Positions 11,041 through 21,469 of a DNA stretch of 32,540 nucleotides are shown here, piece after piece. Each line of letters starts with the position of its first letter. The stretch's first letter is position 1. The stretch covers positions 1-32,540 of the forward strand of contig NIVC01001644.1 of NCBI GenBank assembly GCA_002269645.1, in the 5' to 3' direction. The notes beneath the pieces are model-generated. The model had not been told where the DNA came from, did no database searches, and saw only the letters and a program-made list of their open reading frames with translations. A program made the translations under genes and the position numbers. The stretch is from Macrostomum lignano (Eukaryota).

Positions 11041-12046
11041 TCAGTAGGTTACATGTATCATTGCGCTCTGCCATGGAATGGCACCATTGGGGCTGACGAA
11101 GAAGTCCCTCAGCAGCATCTGTTGCTCCCGAGCGGAGGCGCTGCTTCGATTTCCACCCAGATTCCGGGCTGGCATTACCCCGCCGCTGCCTGTCACGGTG
11201 GATCTCCATGAACCCTCCTGTACCTGGCCGGTGGGCAGTTCCTGGTCAACACTTCCAGGTGGCATGTAGGACCGAGCTGCTGTAATGTTGGCCTCGTCCT
11301 CTATTCGCATGAAGTTATGCAGTACGAATGCGCACCGAATAAAGGCCTCAACGTGATCGATTCTCGCTATGACAGGCCGCAGGAAGAGTCGCCAGCGAGT
11401 CACCAGGATTCCAAACGCATTCTCAATTGTGCGTCTTGCTCGAGACAGCCGGTAGTTGAACACTTGCGTCTTGTAGTCCAATGGTACCATTCCGCCGCGC
11501 GCAGGGAATGGGCGCATGAGATAATTCTTCAGCGGGAAAGCCTCATCACCGACAATTGCAAATGGCATGACGAGGCTGCTGCCAGAAATGCAGGAAGGCT
11601 CCGGGACTTTCACCGATCCAGACTCCAATCCAGCGTACAAGGCTGAACGTGAGAAGACTCCAGCGTCTCCTTCTCTCCCTGCGCTGCCACTCTCTATGTA
11701 CGTGAAGATGTAGTTACTGTCGCACATGGCGAGTACCAGTGAGCTGAACTGTTGCTTGTAATTGAAGTACTGGGAGCCGGTGTTTCTTGGACAATGAACC
11801 TTGAAATGCTTGCCGTCAATTGCACCGAGGCAGTTCGGAAAATGCCACTTTTCCCAGAATCCACCAGCGATTGCTTTCCATTCTTCTGCAGATGCAGGAA
11901 ACTTTAGATATGTTGACGCCAGCTTGTCGTAGATGGCAATCGCAGTCTCGAACACGACCCCTGACACAGTAGAGCGTCCTCGGCCAAATCGAAACGACAA
12001 GTCGGCTTGGCTGCAACCCGAAGCCAGGTAGCAAAGCGTCATCATT
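11041..12046 (-). CDS. Harbinger DDE transposase, catalytic part
   Basis: 334-aa open frame with FPNCLGAIDGKH (D), GDEAFPL (D), LSRARRTIENAFGIL..RWR (E); catalytic triad intact. Confidence 0.92.
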
Positions 12047-12344
12047 TGTTAAATCGACTAACTCTTCAAAAAACCGAAAAATAATTAAGTAGGCGAAAAT
12101 TGGATGTTTGTAGCCTTTCAATACCTCGCGTTCTCGCGCAGGCAAACAAAACAAACAACCACTTAGCAAAAAGCACGCTTACCAAAATCACGCCCTTTTA
12201 ATTAATATTTTACGTGGGGGTGAGGCTAGCAGAGAGAGAGGGGGGTTGGCTCATGTACATTAAATAAAAAAAAATACATGTACAATTAAATTAGTAAAAC
12301 TCCCAAAAATACGAGCTCGTATAACAAAATATGAACCTCCAGAA

Positions 12345-12674
12345 CATCATTAGCTTCTCCTCTGCCGGAACGGCCTCTCTTCTTGCACATGGCCTGGAGA
12401 GTTTGGTTGCAACCAGTGAAAGCAGATGCTCAAACCGAGCCGGGCGCATGCGCATATACTTGAAGTTCATCTCCGATTCTCTATCTCGCAGATGTGGGAT
12501 CAATCCGGCAAACTCGCCAAGCTCTTCTCTTCGTTGATGACTCGGTCTCCGCCACCATCGCCTAGGGCGGCGGCCTTGCCTGATCAGCCTACGATGTTGC
12601 AGTATCGTTACGATTGCCAATAGCAGTAGCTTCTTGGCTCGTGAAAGCATGTTTGAAATCTGAAAGCTGGTCAC
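12345..12674 (-). CDS. Harbinger transposase N-terminal part
   Basis: RRWWRRP...GEF..LIPHLR...FKYMRMRPARFEHLLSLV...AVPAEEKLM is the typical Harbinger N-terminus (F..Y.RM....F..L). Separated from the catalytic part by 305 bp. Start is ATG 12674 or 12650. Confidence 0.82.
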
Positions 12675-12917
12675 GGCTTTCTGGTCAAGATTTCTTAGAT
12701 TGAAAACGCCCTGTCCGAAGCACAGATAGGGCTAGCACTAGACTGAATTATTTATATACTCGTAACAGTGGCCAAGGGTCAAATATTGCCTATTATCTTC
12801 GCGGGTTAAATTGAACTGCATGGCGATGCATCTATTTGAGGCCGATAGTAGCACCCGCTAGTAGTGGTCGCGCTGAGCTAGTAGATTTCTGAAAATCAGC
12901 TATTAGCTGTGAGCGTC

Positions 12918-12946
12918 AGCTATTTGCGGAAATGTGAACCAGGCTT
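12918..12946 (-). repeat. Right terminal inverted repeat of the Harbinger
   Basis: AGCTATTTGCGGAAATGTGAACCAGGCTT, reverse complement of 9401-9429. Confidence 0.9.
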
Positions 12947-13125
12947 TAGGTGGCGACCTAAATAGGCACACGCATGTACAAAGCACCCACCCATCACCAG
13001 ACAGCCAACACCCAAACAGCCCCCCCCCCTTGCACTAAAGGCGGTTAGCCCTCGCAGGCTCGCGCAAACCGATGCATTACGCGGCGCTGTGTACATTCCT
13101 CTCTCCCTTGGCATAACAATATTCA

Positions 13126-13990
13126 GTCCGTCAGTGATCGATTCTAAGTTTTAAGCCTATATATTTTGATCGGTATCGCACTATGGTCAGTAAACCTATC
13201 GCACAAGCTTTGCAATACTTCGCTCGTTCAAATATATAATTTCGCACTTGACTCAAACCAAGCCTGCGGGCAGCCTTGTCCTCGTTTACTGGGCGCGACT
13301 TGACAATGGCGTCGCAAGCAAGCAACTCCGAACTAAACTTGGCTGACCTAGACACAGCTAAAGCCTGGCTGCTCAGCTTTGCAGCCGTCGCAGGAACCAA
13401 GAAACTGACGGACACGAAAGAAGATCGGCAAATCACTGACCTATTCCTTGCCAGGGCAGGTCTCAAGGCACTGAGAACACTCCCTCATGGCTGCCCCGGC
13501 CAGCCTGGAGAAAAAACATTTGCACAAATCCGTGACATCATTAAGGAGATAATCCGGCCCACAAATCGCCTTGATATTGCCGAACAAGCGAAATTCCTTG
13601 CTCTCAGGCAGGACCCAAGCGAAATTGTCGCCTCCTACTACCGTCGACTCTGTGCAGCGGCGGCTACGTGTAGCGCTGAGAAGCTCGAGACGAAACTATC
13701 AAGCGAGGACGAGCTCATCACCATGCGGCTCGTGGACGGACTCGCCTCTGTGGACCACAAGCATAGACTGTTGGAGAGAATGCAAGCTACCGACATGCTG
13801 CTGAACGAAGTGCTGCAAACGCTTGAGCAACTGGAACAAATCCGCTGCTACAACAGCAGCACTGGGACTGCTGCCACCACCGAGGCCAGAATCGCCTATG
13901 CAGGACGGTGCGGCACGCCCCCACAGCCAGCGCCGGACACCAGACCACCGAAGAACACCAGCAAGGCAAAGTGCCAATTGTGGTGTCTCG
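13126..13990 (+). mobile_element. Gypsy-type element A: LTR segment (13126-13305), PBS (13307-13320) and gag (ATG 13306), 3'-truncated
   Basis: Segment ends TTGACA, followed by A-TGGCGTCGCAAGCA. Gag-like protein (..AEQAKFLALRQDPSEIVASYYRRLCAAAATC..) breaks off at a degenerate CQ.CG knuckle start. The LTR segment recurs at 28588-28736; its 5' boundary is uncertain. Confidence 0.75.
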
Positions 13991-14019
13991 ATAGACTAAC
14001 ACAGGAAAAAGCAATCCCC

Positions 14020-14080
14020 TCATCACCAGGGCTCTAACCGGTGCGTCCGGCCCGGCCACCCTAACCCTAACCCTAACCCT
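14020..14080 (+). mobile_element. ~60-bp insert: GC hairpin plus (CCCTAA)3CCCT tail, probable extreme 5'-truncated retroelement 3' end
   Basis: Removing 61 bp rejoins the host LINE frame as AIP-FGNGPRKRQPFWNERC. Telomeric-type repeat at 14059-14080. Confidence 0.55.
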
Positions 14081-15326
14081 TTCGGTAACGGCCCCAGAAA
14101 GCGACAGCCCTTCTGGAATGAACGCTGTCAGAAGGCAGCCGACAGTCGTGAAGAAAGCCGCCTCCTCCTCATCGAGCGCCCTGATGACCCTGAAAATATC
14201 CGTCGGTACTCTGACCTAAAACAGGAGGCCGCCCGTGTCATCAAAGAGGAAAAGAAGCTTGACTTCTGAGAGCGGCTCAGAACGATGAGACCTGATGGTG
14301 ATATGTGGAGGCTGATCAAACGCTTCGATGGGCGCATCCCCCAGCTCTAAGCCGGCTGCAGCCTTCGAACGACCGGCCCACGGCAACATTCCTCCGTCCA
14401 ATCCACTCGCGGTTATAGCTGAGAGAAAGCGGAGCTCTTCTGAAGAGCGCCTATGTCGAGGTCTCCAGATTTGCCAAGAACAAGAAGACCGAGGACCGCT
14501 CCATCATCCAAGAGGCCCCGGGCCCGGACGGCATCTGCAATGAACTTCTACTCGTACGTCAAGCCTCCCCGCTCGGAAAAAGCCGCCTCCTTGAACTCAT
14601 CAACTACTGGTTGAACTGGACCACTCCTGACGCTTGGAGGCGTGCCGAATTCATCGCTATTCATAAGAAAGAGAAAGACCCAGGGCAGCCTGATTCGTAC
14701 AGACCTATATCGCTGCTCAGCTGCATTGCCAAATTGGCCGAGTGCATTCTCCAGAACCGCCTGTTCCACTGGCTTGAATCGCGCAACCTCTTTAACAAAA
14801 ACCAGGCCGGTTTCCGCAAGGGCCACTCCACGATCGACCAACTGACCCGCATTAACCAGGCTATCTTCGACGCCCTTGAGCAAGGCAAGCCCGAACTTGA
14901 TTCTCCTGGACTTCACCAAGGCCCATGACCGAGTCTGGCAACCTGGCTTGTACGCTAAAATGGCCAGCCTTGGCATCCCGGAGCATGTTATCCGCTTCAT
15001 TAAGAATTTACTCTCAGACTGCCGCGCCAGAGTCCGCTGGGATGGCACCTGCTCCAACTGAAGAGTCTTTACGGACGGTCTCCCTCAAGGATCGGTTCTC
15101 GCACCTCTCCCTGGCTGATTTATGTCAATGACATCGACGACGGCCTCGATGACAGGGTGCTCCGTTCTCTCTTCGCTGACGACACGGCAATCCTGAGCAC
15201 TGGCAGAAGCCTGCAAGAGTGCGCGGACCGCGCCCAGCCGGCCCTAGACGCCATTGTTAGCTGGACCAAACGCTGGAAAGTCCATTTGAGCACCCATAAG
15301 TGCATCTTCACCACCTTCACACTCAA

Positions 15327-16006
15327 AACCGAAGTGATGCACATCGGCACCAGCACCGCGCCCGAACTGAGCCTGCCGAGCGGCGAAACGATCTCAACCT
15401 GTCAAGACTTCCGCTACCTGGCCGCGCTGATCTTGAATCCTGAAGATATCATCACGGACCGGATAGACAAGCCTGGCGTTCTGCAGTCAAGATCAGCCCT
15501 ATATTCAGCTACGCAGTGCCTGACGCCCTCAAGATCAAGCTTTTCCGTGCCCACAGTCGAACTGATCCTGCTCTACGGACTGGAAGACGTACCGGTGACC
15601 ACCACCCGGGAAAACGCGCTAAACGACATCAACCAGGCGCTTATTCCGCTACACACAAGGCATCCAATTCCCCGAGACCATCTCAAACCGCGATCTCGCC
15701 GGCGCACCGGCCTTCCGCCTCTCCGCGTTATCCTGCGGCGGTGGCGACAAACCCTCGCCGGCCACGTTCTGCGACGGCACGGTCGCCGTGAAGCCAACCC
15801 TCTCGCGATGGCGCTGCTTCACCCACCGCGGGAACGGCTTCGACGCTGCCAAGGCCGTGCTGCCACGCTGATCCAGACTCTGACTGACGACCTCAGCGAC
15901 CCTGACCAGACCCCGAGTGGCACTGCATTCTACCCCTCTATGCTGTTTCGCAAACGCGTGCGCGCTAGGATTCTGTAACCCTATGCGTCTTTTCTATTAT
16001 CTATTC
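15327..16006 (+). mobile_element. 5'-truncated RTE-like LINE inserted into the I-group LINE
   Basis: KTEVMHIG, QDFRYL, LLYGLE, LAGHVLR motifs. Stop at 15976-15978, then a TCTAT-like tail. Flanked by direct repeat ACACTCAA (15319-15326 and 16007-16014); removing it restores host FTL-NPAEC. Confidence 0.82.
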
Positions 16007-16449
16007 TACACTCAATCCAGCGGAGTGCGGCGGTAAAGTGCGTCCTGTGATCTGCATCGAGAATGAGCCCTACGTTACGAAGCTGAACCTACCTTCTTGG
16101 GCCTCAAGTTCGATGATTAGTTGACCTTCTCCAGCCACGTCGACTCGGTCGAATTCAAGATGGCAAATTGCCGCAACTGCCTGCTGGCCATCGCAGGCAA
16201 ACACTTCAGAGCTAATAGAGCTACCCTCCGAGCCGCTTACACCGCCTACATGGGATCCATCTTCGACTATTGCTCTTCGAACTACTTCACCCATGTGGCT
16301 GGCATCTGCAGCCTGTGTGCGCTGGCCTCATGACCATCTACCGCGGCCCTTGGACTCAGGCCGACGGCCCCTGGCCCCCTTGCCCGCAGACGATCTCTTC
16401 GAACGCGCGCGTACGCAAATCGCCAACACGGAACCCGTCGTAGGAAACT

Positions 16450-17290
16450 ATGAAGCCAAAGAATTAGATCTGCGGTATTTTTGCTTGTTCACCGTCAAAC
16501 CCCTGTCACTGAGTCGCCGCAGTAGAGCCTCCAAACAGTGGTCGTGCTCCGTCGTGGTGGCGCCGAAGATGATGAAGTCGTCGAGAATGTGCTCCACGCC
16601 GTCCATGTCAGCCACTAGATCGTCGAGCATGCACTGGAACGCCGCAGGCGCTGACGTCAAACCGAACGGCACTTGTCAGTACCTGTATAGGCCATTGTGC
16701 GTGATGAAGGCTGTCAGGTCGCGCGACGACTCATGCAGCTCCATCTGCATGTAGCCGGGCCTTCAGGTCCACCTTGCTGAAGATCTGTCCTTTGGCTCCC
16801 TTGATCTTGGCAGTAATGTCGTCCAGTTGGGGCATCGGGTGTTGATCGCATTTCACCGCCTTGTTGGGCTCTCGGATGTCGACGCAGACCCGGATGCTGC
16901 CGTCATTTTTGGTGATGGTCACCAGCTTTGACACCCAGCGACTCGAGTCGATTCGCTTGATGATGCCAGCCGTCTCCAGCTTGTCGAGCTCAGCCTCCAC
17001 CAGCTGCTGCTTGGCCAGCTGTCGACGACGCAGAGGCTGGCGCACTGGCGGCGCGGAGAAGTCGACGACGGGCCTGTGCACGGCTCCGCTGCAGCAGCCG
17101 ATCTGGTCGCTAAAGGCCGCTGGGAACCGCACCTCCAGCTGCTCCACGACGCTGTTCACCTCGCTGACGTCCTCGGAGAGGCTAACATGGAAACCGAGCT
17201 TATTCATGAGGTCTCGACCTGCGATTTTGTCGCCGTGCTTCGCGATGTAGAACAGGTGTTACAGCGACCGGTTGTTGTGCTTTAGTAAAA
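16450..17290 (-). mobile_element. Gypsy pol fragment (protease end plus RT), decayed
   Basis: GRDLMNKLG, VEAELDKLETAGII, SRWVSKLV..K.DGSIRVCVDIREPNK, FSKVDLK, MPFGLTSAPAAFQ, ILDD; frameshifted; boundaries approximate. Confidence 0.9.
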
Positions 17291-17319
17291 CGGCCCTGTT
17301 AAGGGCTCCTTGTCACGAC

Positions 17320-19592
17320 TTGACTTAATTCTTGACTTAGCTGCAGGGGGCTCTGTGCATCCGGAAACAGCGAGGAGGCGTTGCCGCCCATTTCGCTAAC
17401 CCCTGGCGACCACGGGCAGCTAGTGCTGCGGTGTCACGAAGGGAGTTCCGGTGGCGCCGGTGTCCGCAGCGGGGTCCCCCTCAGGAGAGTCCAGGAGGTG
17501 GATTGTCGCTCGCCTGGTAGCCCTTAGGTAGCGGACGAGCTGGCAGAGATTCTCGGGCCTGAAAACGTCGGAGATGTCTGGGTTTGGGCCGATGTAAGTG
17601 AGCTTGTCCCGGAGCTTGTCTGTGAATGTAAAGGCGGGACATTCACAGATAAAGTGCTCCGCATTCTCGACACCGGAGAGGCAGAAGGGGCATTCCTCAC
17701 TGCGGATTTTGCCCTGGAGGTGGCGATGCCTGGCAAAACAGCCATGACCCGAGAGGGCCATGGTCACCGCCCTGATGTCCCTGCGGTTGAGTCCAAGCAG
17801 GGCCCTGCGCAGGGCGGAGGAAGGACATGGGACAGTCGCGCAGGAATGCCGGCAGTCGGGGGCGTTAGCCCACCTCTCCCTGTGATTTGAAGTCATCCAC
17901 TGGTTGATCCGAGTGATGACAACGGCGATGGGGGTGGGGGCCACGGGCAGGGGACCAGTAAAAGAACCGGTCGAGCCAGCCTTGGCCAGGCGATCAGCCA
18001 GCTCGTTGCCGGGGTGGCCCGAGTGCCCAGGGATCCACCTTAGGGACACCAATTGTTAGAGGCGCCTAAGCGGTTGAGCTGCCCGATGCAGTCGAGGACT
18101 GTACGCGAGCAGGTGGTGGTGCGCTCAAGGGCGTGAATCGCCGCTTGACTGTCCGAGTGGAGGGTAATCTCCTTCTCCCAGACGCTCTGATTGTACAACT
18201 CCATGGCGCAGGAGCTGATCGTTCTGGAAGACGGCAAAGCAGGTGCCGGTATGTTGGGAGAAGTTCGCCACAGTTCTCCCTCCAGACACGATGCAGTAGC
18301 CGCAGCCAGAGCCGGAGTTGATTTGGGACCCGTCAGTGAAGCAGTGGATTTCATGGGGTTTCCAGTTGTCTCTTGCTTCATGACGTGGTGGAATGCTGGT
18401 TTTGATTTGAGCGGAGGGCAGAGCGTGAACGGGATTCCGTCCGAGAGGGTCAGCAGGCCTCTCGCTGCTCCCAGGTCTCGCAGGCTGAGGTCGCCATGCG
18501 GCCGAAGGTTCCGCTTTTTGAAGGCGAACTGCTTCTGGATTGGGACACCCGTGTTAAGCAGACGGCGGGTGGTTTTCATTGCCTCCCCTCTAACAAGAGG
18601 TCAAGGGGGGAATGTCCAAGAAGGAGTTCATGCCAGTGAAGGGCTTGGAGGGAGCCGCGCTCATGATAGCTCGAAAAGCGCGGCCTTGAACCCTATTTAG
18701 AAACTCAAGAACCCCTTTCCCCTCTAGGGCACTGTTCCAAATGAAGCCGGCGAAGTAGATGGCCGGTCTAACAATTGCTGTGTAAATCCACCAGAGGCGG
18801 CGGGGGTGAGGCCTCAGGTAGCGCATAAAGCTCTGCGGATCTGTGCGAGAGTCGCGAGAGCTTTGCGGGCTTTGATCTGGACGTGCGGGGTCCAGCTCAA
18901 CCTGTGGTCGAGGGTGACGCCCAGACATCTGGTTTGCTTCTTCATGGCAATGGGTTTGCCATAGAGGGAGAGCGGTTTAATCCTCCAGTTTCGGCGGCTA
19001 ATGAACATGATTGCCACGGTTTTAGACTCAGAGAACCTGAGACCGCAGCTCGGCACGATGGATGAAGGCTTGAAGGAGGTCCCTGAGGACTGCGGGTGAT
19101 GTCCAGCCACAGTGGCGGTAACATCGTCTGCATAGCCGACCTTCTGAACTGGGTCCGGATGTGGGCTGCAAGCAGCTCGTCCATGACTAAATTCCAGAGA
19201 ATCGGGCTGAGGACTCCACCTTGCGGTCCGCCTTTCTGAACTTCCACGGAGCGGGAGTGTCCCAGGAGGTGTGAGGTGGGAGACCATGTACATGATCCAG
19301 CGGGTAAGGTGCTCGTGCGTGCCCCGGGATTCCAGAACCCACTTGAAGGCTTCAAAAAACACATTATTGAAAGCACCATCAATTTCGAGGAAAAGTGACA
19401 GCGCGTATCACTGCCAAGCACGGCGCGCTCCAGCTTGTCGACAATGGCGTACAGCGCACTTTCGATGGAGCGTCCCGAACGAAATGCGTGCTGATTGGGA
19501 GAGAGCGGGAGTTCCTCAGCTCTACGAGGAGGAGGCGCCAGAGCACCAGCCGTTCCATCAGTTTGAGGAAGAAAGACGTCAGACTATTAGGC
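17320..19592 (-). mobile_element. 5'-truncated LOA/R1-group non-LTR retrotransposon with RT, RNase H and C-terminal zinc knuckle
   Basis: SLTSFFLKLMERLV, QHAFRSGRS, LFLEIDGAFNNV, PQGGVLSPILWNLVMDELL, YADD; RNase H HSDSQAAI and [19 protein letters not shown]; [15 protein letters not shown]. Flanked by a 12-bp TSD CCTTGTCACGAC (17308-17319 and 19593-19604). Several frameshifts. Confidence 0.9.
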
Positions 19593-19604
19593 CCTTGTCA
19601 CGAC

Positions 19605-21282
19605 ACAACACCAATATTGCACCAGCAAGGCGCATGCCCCGCGTTCGGCAAGCGGTGCACCGCCTGCAACAAAAAGAACCACTTTGCAGCTGTGTGCAGG
19701 TCTCGCACCGTGCATTTGAAGACCTGGGAGGAGAGTGAAGCCGCCGAGATGTAGCGAGACACCGCAAACGTTTTTGTTATTAGACCAAAGCGCAGAGAGC
19801 GAAATGGCATCTTCTGGCAAGTCAAAATCAACGAAAAGGAATTGAAAATGCAGTTAGACACGGGCGCCGATGTGAGCCTCATTCCACGGGGCCACTGGGA
19901 GGCACTCGGATGCCCACCCAGTACTGAGGAAATCCAAGCGAATTCTGAGACAGTTCGACGGATCGATCATAAAAACCCTGGGAAAGTTCACTGTCACGTG
20001 GAAAACCTAGAAAAGTTCCACACAGTCGACTAGTCGACTTGGTGGTCACAGCGGCGTGCAAGTCACATCCACTGCCGGGTCTTGACAATCTGGATTGGAG
20101 CCCCAGACAGGCAGCCAGTGCTCAAGGTTCCGCGGTGCAACACCTCAATTATCTGAAAGGCCAGGATTAAGCTGATCGAAGGTGCCAAGCCTCTCTACTG
20201 CGCGGCCAGAGCAGTGCCGCTGCACCTGCGCGACCGCGTCAATCAGGAGTTGAAGCGTATTGTGCCGGAGTGCATCATTGAGCCGGTGACGGAGGGTGGC
20301 AGCAAGTTGGCGTCTCCGATCGTCTGCCGCCTAAAATTTAATGGAAATGTCAGAATTTGCGCTGACTATAAGGCGGGGGTGAACCGTCAGGTGTGCGGAG
20401 ACACCTACCCCATGCCAATCGTTGAAACGATCTTCTCGTTTGACTGACTTTGCCACCCTCGACCTATCTGACGCCTACTTACAGATCGAGCTCGAGGAGA
20501 AGAGCAGGGAGATCACCACGATTGCAACTCCATTAGGGCTTTTTCGCTACACCCGACTAGTGCCCGGCCTCAAGTCAGCATCCGCCATCTTTCAAAAGGC
20601 TATGGAAACCACCCTCGAGCACGTGAGCGGCAAGGTTATTTATCAAGACGACATCCTGATCGGAGGTCAATCTGCCGAAGGTCTCAAAGACAAAGTTGAT
20701 GAAGTGATCAAGACCCTGCAGGCAGCCGGCATGAATATAAATCTCGCCAAATCCAACCTGGGGACCAAGACAGTCAAGTTCCTGGGCTACAAAATCAGCG
20801 CAGACGGAATATCGCCAGACCCCGGCCTGGTCAGCAAAATCATGGAGATCTCTGCGCCACGCGACCGTCGCCAGTTAGACTCCTTCCTTGGTCTCTGCAA
20901 TTTCTTTGGAAGGTTTGTCAACAACTTTGCGCACGTTGTCGAACATTTGAACCAGCTGCGCAAGAAGGGAGCGGAGTTTGAATGTGGAGCTGCGAAAGAA
21001 GCGGCCTTCCACCAGCTGAAGAAGCTGCTAAGCTCCGGCCCGATCATCCAGCCCTATGACCGAGCCAAAGAAACGTTACTAACGACAGACGCCAGTGAAA
21101 AGGCGTGGCCGCCGTGCTCACTCAAGAAGGGCACCCTGCCATATACTTCAGCCGGCGATTGACGCAGGCGGAGGCGCGTTATTCCAACATGGAGCGGGAG
21201 GCTCTTGCGATTGTGTGGGCGATGTAGAGGGCCCGCCAATTTCTTCTCGGCAAGCGGTTTACACTACGAACGGACCACCGCC
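19605..21282 (+). mobile_element. Gypsy element B fragment: gag zinc knuckle, protease, RT, RNase H; cut at RTDHR by element C
   Basis: CPAFGKRCTACNKKNHFAAVC, LDTGADVS, ICADYK.GVN, LDLSDAYLQ, YQDD, LGLCNFF, TDAS, EREALA, RTDH. Confidence 0.9.
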
Positions 21283-21469
21283 TGTTGTGTATTGCATTGT
21301 GTATTAGTAGTGTATCGGGTGATTGGTTTTAGTGAGAGCTCAATCCATTCATTCAATAATGCTAAAATGCTTCATTTATGCGCATTGGCTTTGTGTACGT
21401 TTAGTTTGAGCCATGAGTGTTCTTGACTAACCTTACACACTGACTCTTGTCAATAATCTACGAGTAACA
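21283..21469 (+). repeat. 5' LTR of Gypsy element C (187 bp)
   Basis: TGTT...AACA inverted termini, starting exactly where pol of element B breaks. Followed immediately by PBS TGGCGTCGCAAGCA (21470-21483) and gag ATG 21517. Confidence 0.8.

Larger units (their letters stand above)
9401..12946. mobile_element. PIF/Harbinger DNA transposon, near full length (~3.5 kb)
   Basis: 29-bp perfect TIR AAGCCTGGTTCACATTTCCGCAAATAGCT at both ends, imperfectly extending to ~50 bp. Encloses a MADF gene (+) and a convergent HARBI1-like DDE transposase (-), the canonical two-gene Harbinger layout. Confidence 0.93.
13990..16430 (+). mobile_element. Decayed, 5'-truncated non-LTR retrotransposon ORF2 (I/Nimb/Ingi-like), host to two nested inserts
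   Basis: AIP..PRKRQPFWNERC, YRPISLLSCIAKLAE, QAGFRKGHSTIDQ, LDFTKAHDRVW, GLPQGSVL, FADD, then TLNPAEC..PTFLG..FD..LTF..HV. Multiple stops and frameshifts. Clade assignment is tentative; outer ends are approximate. Confidence 0.85.

Noticed and set aside
14059-14080. True telomere or chromosome-fusion scar
   Set aside because: Only 3.7 repeats, a single orientation, and embedded in a LINE ORF that resumes on both sides
13956-19631. 12-bp direct repeat CACCAGCAAGGC (13956 and 19620) as the TSD of a large nested block
   Set aside because: It is read in different gag frames at the two sites (TSKA versus HQQG), no element terminus abuts it, and joining does not rebuild a proper CCHC knuckle
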